Assembly (NCBI RefSeq): GCF_000400465.1
Contig: NW_008806279.1
Coordinates: 446,107 to 478,106 of the forward strand
Source: Wallemia ichthyophaga EXF-994
Taxonomy: Eukaryota > Fungi > Basidiomycota
DNA length: 32,000 bases
Direction of reading: 5' to 3'
Each line of letters starts with the position of its first letter. Position 1 is the stretch's first letter. The translations under genes and the position numbers were made by a program. Below, one piece after another: positions 10,418 through 21,912 of this stretch. The notes below the pieces were generated by a model, which saw nothing but the letters and a program-made list of their open reading frames with translations, did not search any database and had not been told where the DNA came from.

Positions 10418-12066
10418 CTATTTTTTATCTTTCCCTTGGGTTTCTTCCTTCTCCTTGTCGTTTGCGCAGAAGTTGTCTTTGATTTTTCCCCATAGTGATG
10501 AGTTTGATGAGTTTGATGAGTTTCTATTTACATCTCCGTCTCCATCTGTTGCCTTTGCGTCTGACGAATCTGCATCGTCTTTCTTATCTATGTCATCCTT
10601 CTCCCCTGCGTTTACCTCCTTCACCCCTTTGCTCTCCTGCGCCTTCCTCACTTCCTCAGTCACGCTTGGATACTTTCTCCGCACGGCGTTGCCTTCAGTG
10701 ACATCAGAAAACTCTTCAACGATCTCTCTTTGTAATGGTGTGAGGTTGCGAGGGACCTGTACCTGGAATCCGACCATCAGATCTCCCTTCTCGCCACCTC
10801 TGCCGATCCTAGGCACACCCTTGCCTCTAAGCACCATCTCTTCACCGGGCTGTGTACCACTAGGCACGCGTATATCAACCTCGCCATCTAGCGTAGGTAT
10901 TCTCAGTCTCCCACCGAGCATTGCGACGTGAAGAGGTACTTTAGCATTATGGAATAGATGCATGCCCTGTCTGCTGAAATCTTTGCTTGGTGAGACACCG
11001 ATCCGCACGAATAAATCACCAGTAGGACCATCGCCGCTTATTGGTGCGTCTCCTTTACCACTCACTTTAACTCTCATTCCATCTTCTACACCGGCAGGAA
11101 TCTTCACTTCGACTGCACCCTTACCACGTACTTTACCTACACCATCACAGCTATCGCACTCATCGCCTTTCTTGATGGAAGAACCGGAACCTTGACAGAC
11201 TTGACAAGTAGATGCAACCTGGAAACCGCCCTGGATAACGAAAGTGCGCGTACCCATACCGTTGCACGCCTTGCATGTTGATCTAGATTTACCTCTTTTA
11301 AGACCATTACCTTTGCAAGTGCCACAGTTTTTGAGTGGTTTAGTGTCCAGATTTACTGTCTTGCCTTTAGCAGCGTCGAGGAAGGGAATATTTACGTTGA
11401 GCTCAATGTCGTCGCCGCGAGTGACTGTGCTGCCACCGAAGCCACCTCTACCACCACCGCCAGCCCCACTTCCGAAAAGCTGTTCAAAGAGATCAGATGC
11501 ATTGCCACCACCGAAGCCACCGCCAAAGCTGCCACCGCCACCGAATGGGAAACCACCACCGAAAGCATCACCAAAGCCACCAAAACCACCTGCACCACCG
11601 AAAGGACCACCGCGGCTGCCATACATGTTTGGATCAAAGCCTTGTTGTTGAGAGGCAGGACCGAATTGATCGTAGTTCTTCCTCTTTGTATCGTCGGATA
11701 AAGTTTCCCAAGCGGATTGGATTTCAACGAATTTTTCTTTAGCGTTTGGATCTTTGTTGGTGTCAGGGTGGAATTTTCTAGCAAGCTGTGTGAGTTGTGA
11801 GTTGAGTGTAGCCCAAATCCACACGGCAAACTCACTTGGTAGAAGGATTTCTTGATTTCAGAAGTGGGAGCATCTTTGTTAACACCAAGTACTTGATAAG
11901 GGTCTTTGGTCTGTAAAGATGGAGACGTTGATCTGAATGATAATTTTGTGGATGTACTAAACTGCTTGCTACGCCTGCAGAGGCTTCTAGATAGGCTTCT
12001 GGTTGGTGTAGACGTGCTGTTTGAAAGCTGGAATGAAATCTGTAGCTGCTTCTGTGTAACTCTCAT
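10418..12066 (-). CDS. MDJ1: Mitochondrial type I DnaJ/Hsp40 co-chaperone, ~532 aa
   Basis: Exons 12066-11836 and 11785-10418, with a 50-nt intron. R/S-rich, acid-free N-terminal presequence; J domain ([11 protein letters not shown]|LARKFHPD); G/F-rich region; four CxxCxGxG zinc-finger repeats; C-terminal substrate-binding domain. Confidence 0.92.
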
Positions 12067-12171
12067 TATTATCTTTTATCGTATTCTAGGACTTGGTGGA
12101 ATCCTGGAGAGAGAAGACGGGCGAAAGGCAAATCATTGGCTTAAATTTGAATGAATGATGGATATATCTTA

Positions 12172-12855
12172 TTATGTATTCTTGGTAGTCTCAACAGGCT
12201 CATCAGGCTCACTCCCACTCCCACTCTCACTTCCACTCCCACTCCCTGTGCTATCAGCCACATCGTCGTCATCCACAACATCCTCATCATCCATAACCTT
12301 TTGTACTTGAGATTCCTTATAAGCCTCTCTGATCCAGTCATTTGAGTTATCCACTCCACTCAAAACATCCAATGGTTTCTGATCGTGCTTATTTTTCACG
12401 TTGAAGTTTGCACCAGCCTCGATAAGCTCAGTTACTGTAATTTCTCAACTAGACAGCCCAGCTAGACGCTCCACTTACATATATACTCTCTAGCCCTTCT
12501 ATCCATCTTATCGTCACGCATCAGTACGTGCAACGGCGTGTCACCTTCAATCCTGTTCTGTGGATCGACATCCGCATTATCAAACGTAAGCAATCCATCC
12601 AAAACACTTATTGAAGTGTTCTTCACTGCATAATGTAACGCAGTGTTACCCAATCCATCCTTGTAGTTTATATCAAACGGTGTTCCACTTTCTCCAACTT
12701 TGTCTGCCTCCTCAAAAACCTCATCTAGCAAATTCTCATCATCCTGCTTAGCTGCATGTAATAGCCTCTCGTCTGTTGATATCATAACATCTAAGCTTAG
12801 TCTTCTACTTGCCTATACCAAACTCACGTGTTATCTTTATGTCTTGCTCGTTCAT
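12172..12855 (-). CDS. Small ankyrin-repeat protein with acidic tail (yeast YCR051W-like layout), 189-200 aa
   Basis: Core exons 12785(12790)-12479 and 12434-12172, with a 44-nt GTAAGT..CAG intron. Ankyrin motifs DGLGNTALHYA, EGDTPLH, L|TELIEAGANFNVKN. An extra first exon 12855-12828 with a 37-nt intron is in frame but less certain. Confidence 0.8.
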
Positions 12856-13013
12856 TAGTATCTTCTTCACGTTATCCTCTGAATATCAAACAATCAAACA
12901 ATTTCAGTGATGATTGACGTGTTGTGAGTTTATTGTACATTACAAGTGTGTTTTGTAAAATTATTTGCCAACTTGCATCACTTCCTCATAATACAATAAA
13001 TAGATACATCTTT

Positions 13014-16000
13014 TTACAAGTTGGTATTAGCGATTGTTAGCGACTGTGAACAGCGTTAGACGGTCTGTTGGGTATTTCCTGATCCTTATATAACTCACCT
13101 TGGTCGCATTCATCGTCTTGTAAATACCAACAAGTCGATTACTCAATTCAAACATATCATTCCTGAAACACAAATCAGCACCTTGTACGTTCCAAGCTCT
13201 CTTGCTCACCTCAACGATATGATAATGAACTGCGCATCTTTCGTCCTGTCCTTGATATAGTTTGCCACAATCGACACATTTCTGAAATCGAGGGCCGCAT
13301 CAATCTCATCCATAAAGTAGAGTGGCGTGGGCTGAAAAATTTAGCAAATACTCGGTTTATGCCTGATCGGCACCCACCTTATATGCATGCAACGCAAACA
13401 CTAAGGCCAGCGAGCTCAATGTCTTTTCACCACCAGAAAGATTACTGATATTCTTCCAACTCTTCTTTGGCGGCATGACCGAGAAGATGATGCCCTCGCT
13501 GAATGGATCCAGTGAATCAACTAGCTCAAGCTCGGCATTACCACCGAGTGTTATCATCTGTGCGTATTATATCAGTATTGTTAGCCAATTTACCCCCACT
13601 CACCTGGTACATCTCTTTCAATTTGGATGATATTATCGTGAACCCATGCATAAACTCATCCAATCGCTTTTTACGCAGCTCATCGTATGTGCTCTTAGCT
13701 TCATCTCTACGACGAGTCACATCCTGGACATCAGCAGCTCGATCTCTGTATTCCTTTTTGCGCGATTTGTATTCTGCTAGCACCTCTAGATTCACCGTTG
13801 ACTTCTCCACCTTATCTTCGGCTCGTACTATCTCCTTCTTAAGCACATCCAGCTGTATTTCTTGGATTTCTTCCTGCGAGTATGTTTCAAGCTGTGCAGA
13901 CGCTGGTTTAGGTGGTTGCTTTGTCTGTGTTGGCTGTGGTTGTGGTAATGATGCTTCATCCTCTTCCATCTTTTCATCACCCTCACCTTCACCCTCTTGC
14001 TGGATTGAAGGTTCATCCGATTGAGCTAGCGCAGACTCCTGTTCCTCCTCATCGTCCACATCTTGCAATGTAAGTTTGCCCAGTCGTTCTCTATAGATAC
14101 CTATTTTATTTTCAGAATCCTTGAGTATGTTGGTCGTCTCATCCATCTGTCCTTTCAGGTCCGTCTCGAGAGCGTTGAACGACTGCATAGCCAATGCCTC
14201 ATTATCAAGCTGCGCCTTGACTTCATTCAACTCCTCCTGCTTTCCTTCCAGCGCATCTCTCACTTTGTCAACCTCACTTCTCACTCCCTTAGCCTTCGAC
14301 AGTTGTTGATCGTTTTTCTCGCTCACTGCACTAATCTCCTCTTCCAATTTGGCGAGTTTCTTCTCATTATCCTTGACGCTCTTCGCGTAACGACTAATGT
14401 CTTTATTAGACTTGGACAGTGAAACCTCAGCCTTGGTTATGCGCTCACTACACAAACCCATCATCATCTTGGTTGAGTCGACTTTACTTTTCTGCGCGCG
14501 CAGCTTGACACCACCGACCTCCAATATCTTCTCCTGGAGCTGTTCTATCTCGCTTTCAATTGATGATGTCTTGTCCACCAGCTTATCTACCTCTTTCTTC
14601 AGCTTGCTCATTTCCGTATCGAGTGACTTGATACGTTTCGAATCTCCAGCATCTGGCTTACTCTCCTCTTTCATCTTCCTCGCATGTTTTTCAGCCTCGC
14701 TTATCCGTTTCGTGAAAGTAGCCTGGTCGAGTTCAGCCTTTTCAGCCTGAATTTCGAGCTCAGGCGCAAGCTTTCTCAGTCCGCCACATTCGTTTTCAAT
14801 ACTGGCCACTTTCTCTAAAATCTCTCTGAGCTTCTCCTCAACTTTTTCGCGCTCGCTCTCTAGCTGATTGACGGTATCCATCGTCACGGTGTCGGTAGGG
14901 TTAGCGAAAGACGAGCCCATTCCGCCGCGCAAGACCCGCTGTCCACCACCCGACATTGCTCCCGATGCCTCAATAACATTGCCCTGCAAACTAACGACAC
15001 GCCATCTGTTTTTTCCATAGGCGATGCGGTTGCCCTGCGTAAGGTCTTGCGCTACGAGTGTATTTCCGAGTGCCTTGTAGAACGCCGGTATGTACTCCTT
15101 TTTGCGCGGCTGAACAAGATCAATCAGACGCGGCGCATCCTCCGGTGTAGCTAACTTTACTGGCGTTTTACCGGCAAGTTGCTCCAGCACTATGAAAGTA
15201 GCTCTACCGACATTATTCTCACGGAGATGAGCAATGCATGTCTGCGCAGCTTGCACTGTATCGACGACGAAATTATTTAGCCCTCCGCAGGCCGTCGTTA
15301 TTGCAATGTCGTACTTGTCGTGAATCACTCCCAAGCTGCCCAAGCGGCCATGAAAGCCAGAAACTCGACCTGTGTCCCGCAACCGTGTCAGACTTGCCAA
15401 CACAGCATCTTGGGAGCGGTTTGCAGTGAGTGAAGAACGCGCCTCATCGGCTTTGTGGCGTGCTTGGCTGAGATGGCGACGCATATTCCCTTCTTCTTTT
15501 CTCAAATCGCTCAATTGTGATTCAAGTTGGCTCATCTCAGCGGATACTCGCTGACGTTCCGATTGGATGTCAGTAGCAGACGATTTCTTCGTTTCAACTT
15601 GATCCTTGACTGCTTGCAGCTGCTCATCCGCTTCTGCAGCAGCTTTTTGCGCACTATCGGCCTTGGATGAGAGGAGGTCGCGCTCAGAGTCTGCAACGTC
15701 AATCTTCGTCTGCAGGTCGGACAGCTTGGCTTGCCATGGCTGCAGCTCTTTCTGCTTCGATTCGATCTGATCAGTGAAAACTTGTGTTTTGCCTTGGATA
15801 CGTAATCAGATGGTGCTGTTGAGAGTATTATGATACGCTCTTACCTTTCAGTGAATCTATGATAGATTCTAGCTTTCCTTCCTCTGCGCCTAAGCCAGCC
15901 TCATGACTCTCAGTCTCAGCGCGAGCTTTCTCCATCTCCTCAGTGAGCTCGGTGATATTGTGTTGAGCTGTCTTGTGTGCGTGCGAGTCATCCGCCAGAG

Positions 16001-17138
16001 ACTTTTTCAGCTTTTTAATCTTGCTATTGAGATCTTTCATCTTAACGTCGAGTTTTACATTCTCTTTGTTTTTGTCTTCGTGCGACTTTGTTATACGCTT
16101 CATCTCACTTTCCATACCCTTGCACTCCTTCTCGAGACGTTTGTGTTCAGCTTCGAGGTCGCAGAGAGCATCTTTACGACCTGAGACTTTGGATTCTTCC
16201 GAGTGGAGTTGGGTTGAGATTTCTTGGAGGTGTTCATTGCACACGGAGATGTTGTTTGTAAGATCGAAGAGATAGCGTTGGTAGAGAACGTTTTTCTTAC
16301 GAGCTACAGAATTGCAGTCTTTGAGATAAGACTCAGCCTCATCTTTGTGACCCTCTAAACGATCCTTCTCCTTTTCAACGATACGAAGTCTACTGAGACG
16401 CTCACTGCGCTCATCAGAGAGCTTATCCATGTCGACCAGGCTGTCCTCGATGGGCTGCTTGTAGGTGACTGTGCCAACGATGTCTTCAAGGTACTCAAGC
16501 AAGCCATCCTCATGCGGAGAAGGGGCTTTGCTTTTCATTTGAGCGATGGATTCAACCTCGCCCTGTAGAATGAGGAATCTATTATGATCAAGGTCGATGC
16601 CTCTGCCTTTGAGGAGGTTTGTGACGGTAGCGTAGTTGGAAGATTCGCCGTCGATCAAATACTTTGACTGATTGTTCCTCATTGCCATTCTAGTAACAAC
16701 AAGCTGGCTATTGGGTACAATTTGGAAATCCTCGCTGCCAGGCTCATCGAAAATCTCCCTGAAGTGAACCTCCACAGCGCAATGATCAAAATTTGGGTGT
16801 TCTGCGCTGTTATGTATCAACTCAGATAGCTTCGATTGACGCATCTTGTTGGCACGATAACCGAAAACGAAGAGTAACGCGTCGATAGTGTTGCTCTTTC
16901 CACTTCCATTTGGTCCAACGATAGAGGAGAATGACTTTACCCGTTTCAGCTGTGCACTCTACGCGCAAACACGCGTACTCACTTTATGAAATGGTCCAAT
17001 AACCTGAGTACCCGCGAATGATTTGAAATTTATAAGTGCTAGCTGGTGTATCACTAGCCGTGACCGCTTTGGTTTCTCTTCTGGCTGTTCTGGCTGCTCT
17101 GGCTGCTTGTTCGACTCTCCAAGCACATCATCACTCAT
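13014..17138 (-). CDS. SMC4: Condensin subunit SMC4, ~1276 aa
   Basis: Exons 17138-16983, 16934-15845, 15792-13604, 13557-13378, 13331-13210, 13162-13099 and 13043-13014 (3831 nt, in frame). Walker A GPNGSGKSN; NRFLILQGEVESIA; hinge GFHGRLGSLG; signature LSGGEKTL; Walker B/D-loop YFMDEIDAALD; ISLRNDMFEL. Confidence 0.97.
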
Positions 17139-17199
17139 CGTGGTTGATAACAAAGAACATTTTATCATTTTCTACATTTATTCATTAATTTTATATCAT

Positions 17200-20100
17200 C
17201 TACCACTCCTCTTCATCCGCTCCTGGCTGCCGACGCTTTGAAAGTGCGGCTGCAAGATCATTTCCGAACCCAGCCCCTCCATTAGTTGGCATACTCATTT
17301 GAGGCGCATCACCAGGCGCATCACCATTCATACCTGGCTTTGGTTTTGGTTTTGGTGCTACAGCTGGCTTGGCCTTGACTGGCGGTGGTGCCTTCTTCGT
17401 CCCATTCGATGGCGCGCTCGTAGGAGCAGGAGCAGGCGCAGGCGCAGGAGCCGGTGCAGGTGCAGGTGGCACTGCCCTAGCTGCTGGCTTAGGCTGCTGC
17501 TGCGGCTGTGGTGCTTTATTCAAATACGTAGACGGACACCACCCCTCAACCCCTCTGTCATTCCTAACAAGCCACCAGCCTGTACAAATTACTTGTTAGT
17601 TGCATTCCCTTTAAAACCGCCGAACCAACCTGACGCATCCTGATTCAAAACTTCTACTACTTCATCTTTCCCTAGTGACAGCTCCCCACTTTCTTGGGTA
17701 TCGAAGGGATGGACACTTTTCCACAGGTCCTTTGCCGGCGAGGCAGGTCTGGCCGGTGGCCGTGGTGGAGTGGCGGGAGTAGGTGCTGGTGCTGGTGCTG
17801 GAGGAGCTGCTGCCGCACCTTTACCTCCACCTCCTGCCTTGGTCCCAGCCTCGTGCACAGCTGGCACTGGAGGTGTTGTCCTGACCGCTGGTGCAGGCAC
17901 CGGCGTACTCAACGAAGGCTTACCTTTCCCTCCAGGTAACGGAACACTGCGTGGTGCTGCTGTTGACCTTGGCGCTCCCCTCTTGGTAGCCATCTTGGCT
18001 GGTCGCGCTTTTCGTGGAACAGGTGGTCTCGACACACTTGATGCTGGCTCTCCACCTCCAATAGTAATAGTGTGAGATTTGTATCCTGCGCCGCTGATCT
18101 TCTCCTGTGCCTTCACTGCCGATGTGTCCCCTTTGACTGCCTTGATCTGCGCCTTTTTGTCCTTCTTTTTGGTATAATCGATAGTTGGTCCTGCGTTTAC
18201 AGTTATCGTCCCACCTGCGACTCTATTTAGCTGGGTGACAAGCTCAGTCTTGAACTTGACTATTAATATTGGGTCGCCTTCTTCAGTAGCTCCCAAGTTG
18301 AGCACTATAAAGTCATCTTGAAGATTGGAGAATGAAACTCCTTTGACCGAACCTACGAGGATCTTACGTTCTACAGTCGTTCCTTCTTTGGTGGTCACGA
18401 CAATGTAGAATGCTTTATTCGTCAAGACTATGAACCTCGGACTTGGTTTTGACGTTCTTCCCAACCTAGAAACCATGATCTCTGCGCGAGAGGAGAAAGA
18501 TACTGGCTCTGCCTTGCCAATCCCACAGGTGCGGCTGAGCATTTCACCAGTAGGACTACCGCCGTTGACGTCCAAGTAATCACCCATGAATCTTCTCTGA
18601 CTGACTAGTGAGAATTTTCTTCTCTCCTTTCTATTGTCCAGCAATTGGTGTCCGTATGTTCTTATTTTCTCATAAGCGATACCCTCCTTCTTCGACATCC
18701 AGAATCGTTGGATCTTCTGCGCGCTCTCTTGTCTTCTACGGAGATAGGCACGCCATGAACGCTGGATCTTACTGGCCATGTTGTGCCAGTATTTGTCTCT
18801 CATAGTTTCCAAAGCGAAAAGTGTTTCAGGATTCTTGATGAATGCCTTTGTTATACCCAACTGCCATTCGTCCTTGGCTATGCCGGTGTCAGTGAGCATC
18901 TGTGCGCATCCAGATCTAGCGTCTCCCTGCCAGATATAATCGCCTGCGTAACTGGTAGATGGGGATAAGAGGTAAAATCGTTCAATCATTTTTTCAAAAG
19001 AATTTCTATACGCAAATCCTGCTCTTCTAACTCTTATATTCTCTTGCAATCCTAGATATTTAATTTGGTGAAGTATTGCAGCATCGTCGTACTCTGTGGG
19101 TGATCTATTTGAATTGGGTTTAATGGTACGTATGTAAGATGGCTGAGATGCCATAAGCTTTTCCACTAGCAAGTTTGCAGATACCTATATCGAGTGAGCT
19201 TGGGGCACAACTTTTACGGCAATGACTCACTTTAATTCTGTCACCGGCAGTAGGTGGTCTCTTTTTCGAGTTAGGATCAGGTCTCTCTGGGAACAATCCT
19301 TGTAGGAATGAATTGCTAGATTCGTCGATAAGGTTCAAAAGATCCTTCAACAGTGCATCTTTATTCTTGTCTGTCATTTGCTGGATGTTGTAAGTGACAT
19401 CACCTGCATAATGCTTGATGACAAATTTAGATCCGCGGAGGTTGAAGTGCGGGTTGTTCGAGACCATGTTCAGACGTTGGGCAAATGAGTTGTCAGCCGC
19501 GGCGGGGTCCGCATGGGCAGTAGCACATGCATCGTTGAGTGCAGCAAAGATACCAGGGGGACGCTTCTCTTCAATCAAATCACAGACAATCTTGTTGTTG
19601 AAGAACTTGATAGGCTGCCATTGAATCTGTTCCATGGCATACTCTTCCTGTTCTTTCTTGAGAGTCAGCTCGATGAAGATCTGCTGAAGCTTTTCGTTGA
19701 CGTAGTTGATACAGAGCTGTTCGAAAGAGTTATCGTCAAAAATCTCAAATCCGTAGATATCAAGAATACCGATGACGTAGTCGCTCGCTTGAGCTGGTGC
19801 AAGAGATCTATTGATACGGCTAACGATCCACTCGAACAGGTTGTTGTATATGGCTTTGGAAAAAGCATCGCGAACTGAGGTGGCCTGAGCTGGGTTGAGG
19901 GGCACTTCATAGACTGATCCACGTCTACCACCTCTCTGAGTTTCCATGACGCGACACGTGACTGCCTTTTCTAACGATGCCTTACTCACTTGGAGCAGGT
20001 AAGCGATGAACTCGAGTGTGTCTGGGTCGTCAGGTTGGGCATTTCCGTCATCGTTTTCAACAAAGACTATGTTACCGAGCCAAAGGATCGAGGCAAGCAT

Positions 20101-21155
20101 TCGGAAGATCTCGTTTTGCTCTTCGCCGCTAAGACCTATTATGTTCATTGCGTCGATTGTCTCTGAGAAGTCTTTTTCGTCATTGATACCGGCTACATCC
20201 AAGCAACCAGCGCGGGAGGTATACACATAAGCGTCAGGGCCTTGTAAACCGAATGCCTCTGGTAGCGCGTGTGAGCGAAGGAAGTGTAAGAAGAGCTTGC
20301 ATACCTCTCTGTGCTTGGGAAGCACCCTTTGTGAGCTGATAGAATATGTGGAAGTCACGTTCGTCGTTAATTTGACCAACAACACGGCCCTGAGTGATGT
20401 TAAAAAGAGCACTATCAATTAAACAGTTTTCCCACCTTTTCCAGCAAGTAGTTAGTGATTCTGGCACCAACAGGCTCGCCAGAACGATTGAACATAATCT
20501 CGAGATACTTTCCATGTCTACTTGAGTTGTTGTTTCTGAGCGTCTTTGCACAACCGAAGCTCTCAAGCAAGGGGTTTGTAGCTAGGACCATATCCTTGAT
20601 ACCCTGGATCGAACTATCATGACCGCCAGAGACTTCAGCGATATACTGCATGATGCGTTTGGCAGCCTCAGTCTTACCGGCACCAGATTCACCGGAGATG
20701 ATAACGCATTGGTTCTCCTGATACGCGGACATATTGTAATACATGGATTCGGCAATAGCGTAAACGTGTGGGGTCATTTCGAGCCTGTTCTTGCCCTTGT
20801 AAGAGCGAAGGATGTCTTCCGTGTAAATGCCCAAGTCTTTGAATGGATTTATTGAAATCAATACGTGTCCAATGTACGTGTAGATCTCGCCAACTTGGAA
20901 ACGTTTCTTGAGATTTTCGTTGATGGATTCATTGGATATGGTCGTAAGGAGCGTCATGTCAGAAACGCCAGCTTGCTTCTTCTTGAAGCTGTCCTTCCAA
21001 TCTGCCTGTAGCGATCATCAGCCACTGCTGTGATGCGCTGTTATACAACCGACCTTGGCTATTTGCTTATCAGGCTTTGCTTTGTTCCCAGATTTCTTTG
21101 AAATAGCCTGTGCAACTCATTAGATTGATTTTAGCCTATGCGCGTCACTCACCAT
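17200..21155 (-). CDS. MYO1: Class I myosin (Myo1/Myo3/Myo5-type), ~1224 aa
   Basis: Exons 21155-21153, 21107-21054, 21005-20436, 20389-20305, 20258-19231, 19184-17630 and 17579-17200 (3675 nt). P-loop [27 protein letters not shown]-site RRGSVYE, two IQ motifs, TH1, P/A-rich TH2, SH3 (G|[12 protein letters not shown]), acidic Arp2/3-binding end DEEEW*. Confidence 0.97.
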
Positions 21156-21912
21156 GACGTTGTAGTTCAAGGATTATCGCGCAGTTGAATTTGTCAATTA
21201 TTATCCTATGTATAATTATGAAGCATGTTGATTATATCATTTACCAGCTATTCGAGTGCTTTTGCCTCACATTCCATCACTCTTTTAAAAATTTCACCTT
21301 GTGACCACATTGCCTAAATGAATCCTTTGTTGCGAAAATTAATATTTGATTCACTCACAATTACTTAGTTACCGTTCTATACGCTTTTAAGGGGTACCTC
21401 ATTAAACGACCCCAGTGTCCAGGACTGATGCCGATGCGATCGGTCTAAGAGGTTCGAGCTGTCATAAAAAGTAAGATTTACACGCCTTGAATAGATCTAT
21501 GGGAGTATACTGTTTTATACCTGGATTTGTAAGAGTTTTGCGTCTATTCTCAGGGATTGTGTCCGTGTTTCATTGTTCAGGAGATATAACGCCGACTTCA
21601 ATATACTTCTAACATTTCAGCAAATCGGAAGTCTATATACAAATACTACATACAATCGAGATCACGAAGATATGCCACTGCGTATCATCTATTTTGGCAT
21701 ATGGGACATGGCGTGCCGAATCAACAGGCCAAACAAGTTGTGTTAAAGTCAATTTTCCCCTTAAATTTCAAGGGGGAGGACGTCTGACACTTTGTTTGAA
21801 ATTGGTCGCTCACTCAGGCACCCACCCGCCGCTCCGAGACTTGCATTGTGAAATTGGCCGGGTTGAAACAACTTACGTGTGCAGTCGCATCTTCATTTGA
21901 AAAGCAACATCA

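Noticed and set aside
10221-10931. 236-aa + strand ORF
   Set aside because: Antisense shadow of MDJ1 and the coiled-coil gene; S/F low-complexity; GTG start.
16887-16976. MCB-like ACGCGT sites near the SMC4 start and in intron 1
   Set aside because: ACGCGT occurs about as often across the window as expected by chance (~8 per 32 kb), including inside CDSs.
21441-21458. tRNA-like A-box (CGGTCTAAG) and B-box (GGTTCGAG) fragments
   Set aside because: They are adjacent, with no anticodon arm, T-stem or acceptor stem; not a tRNA.
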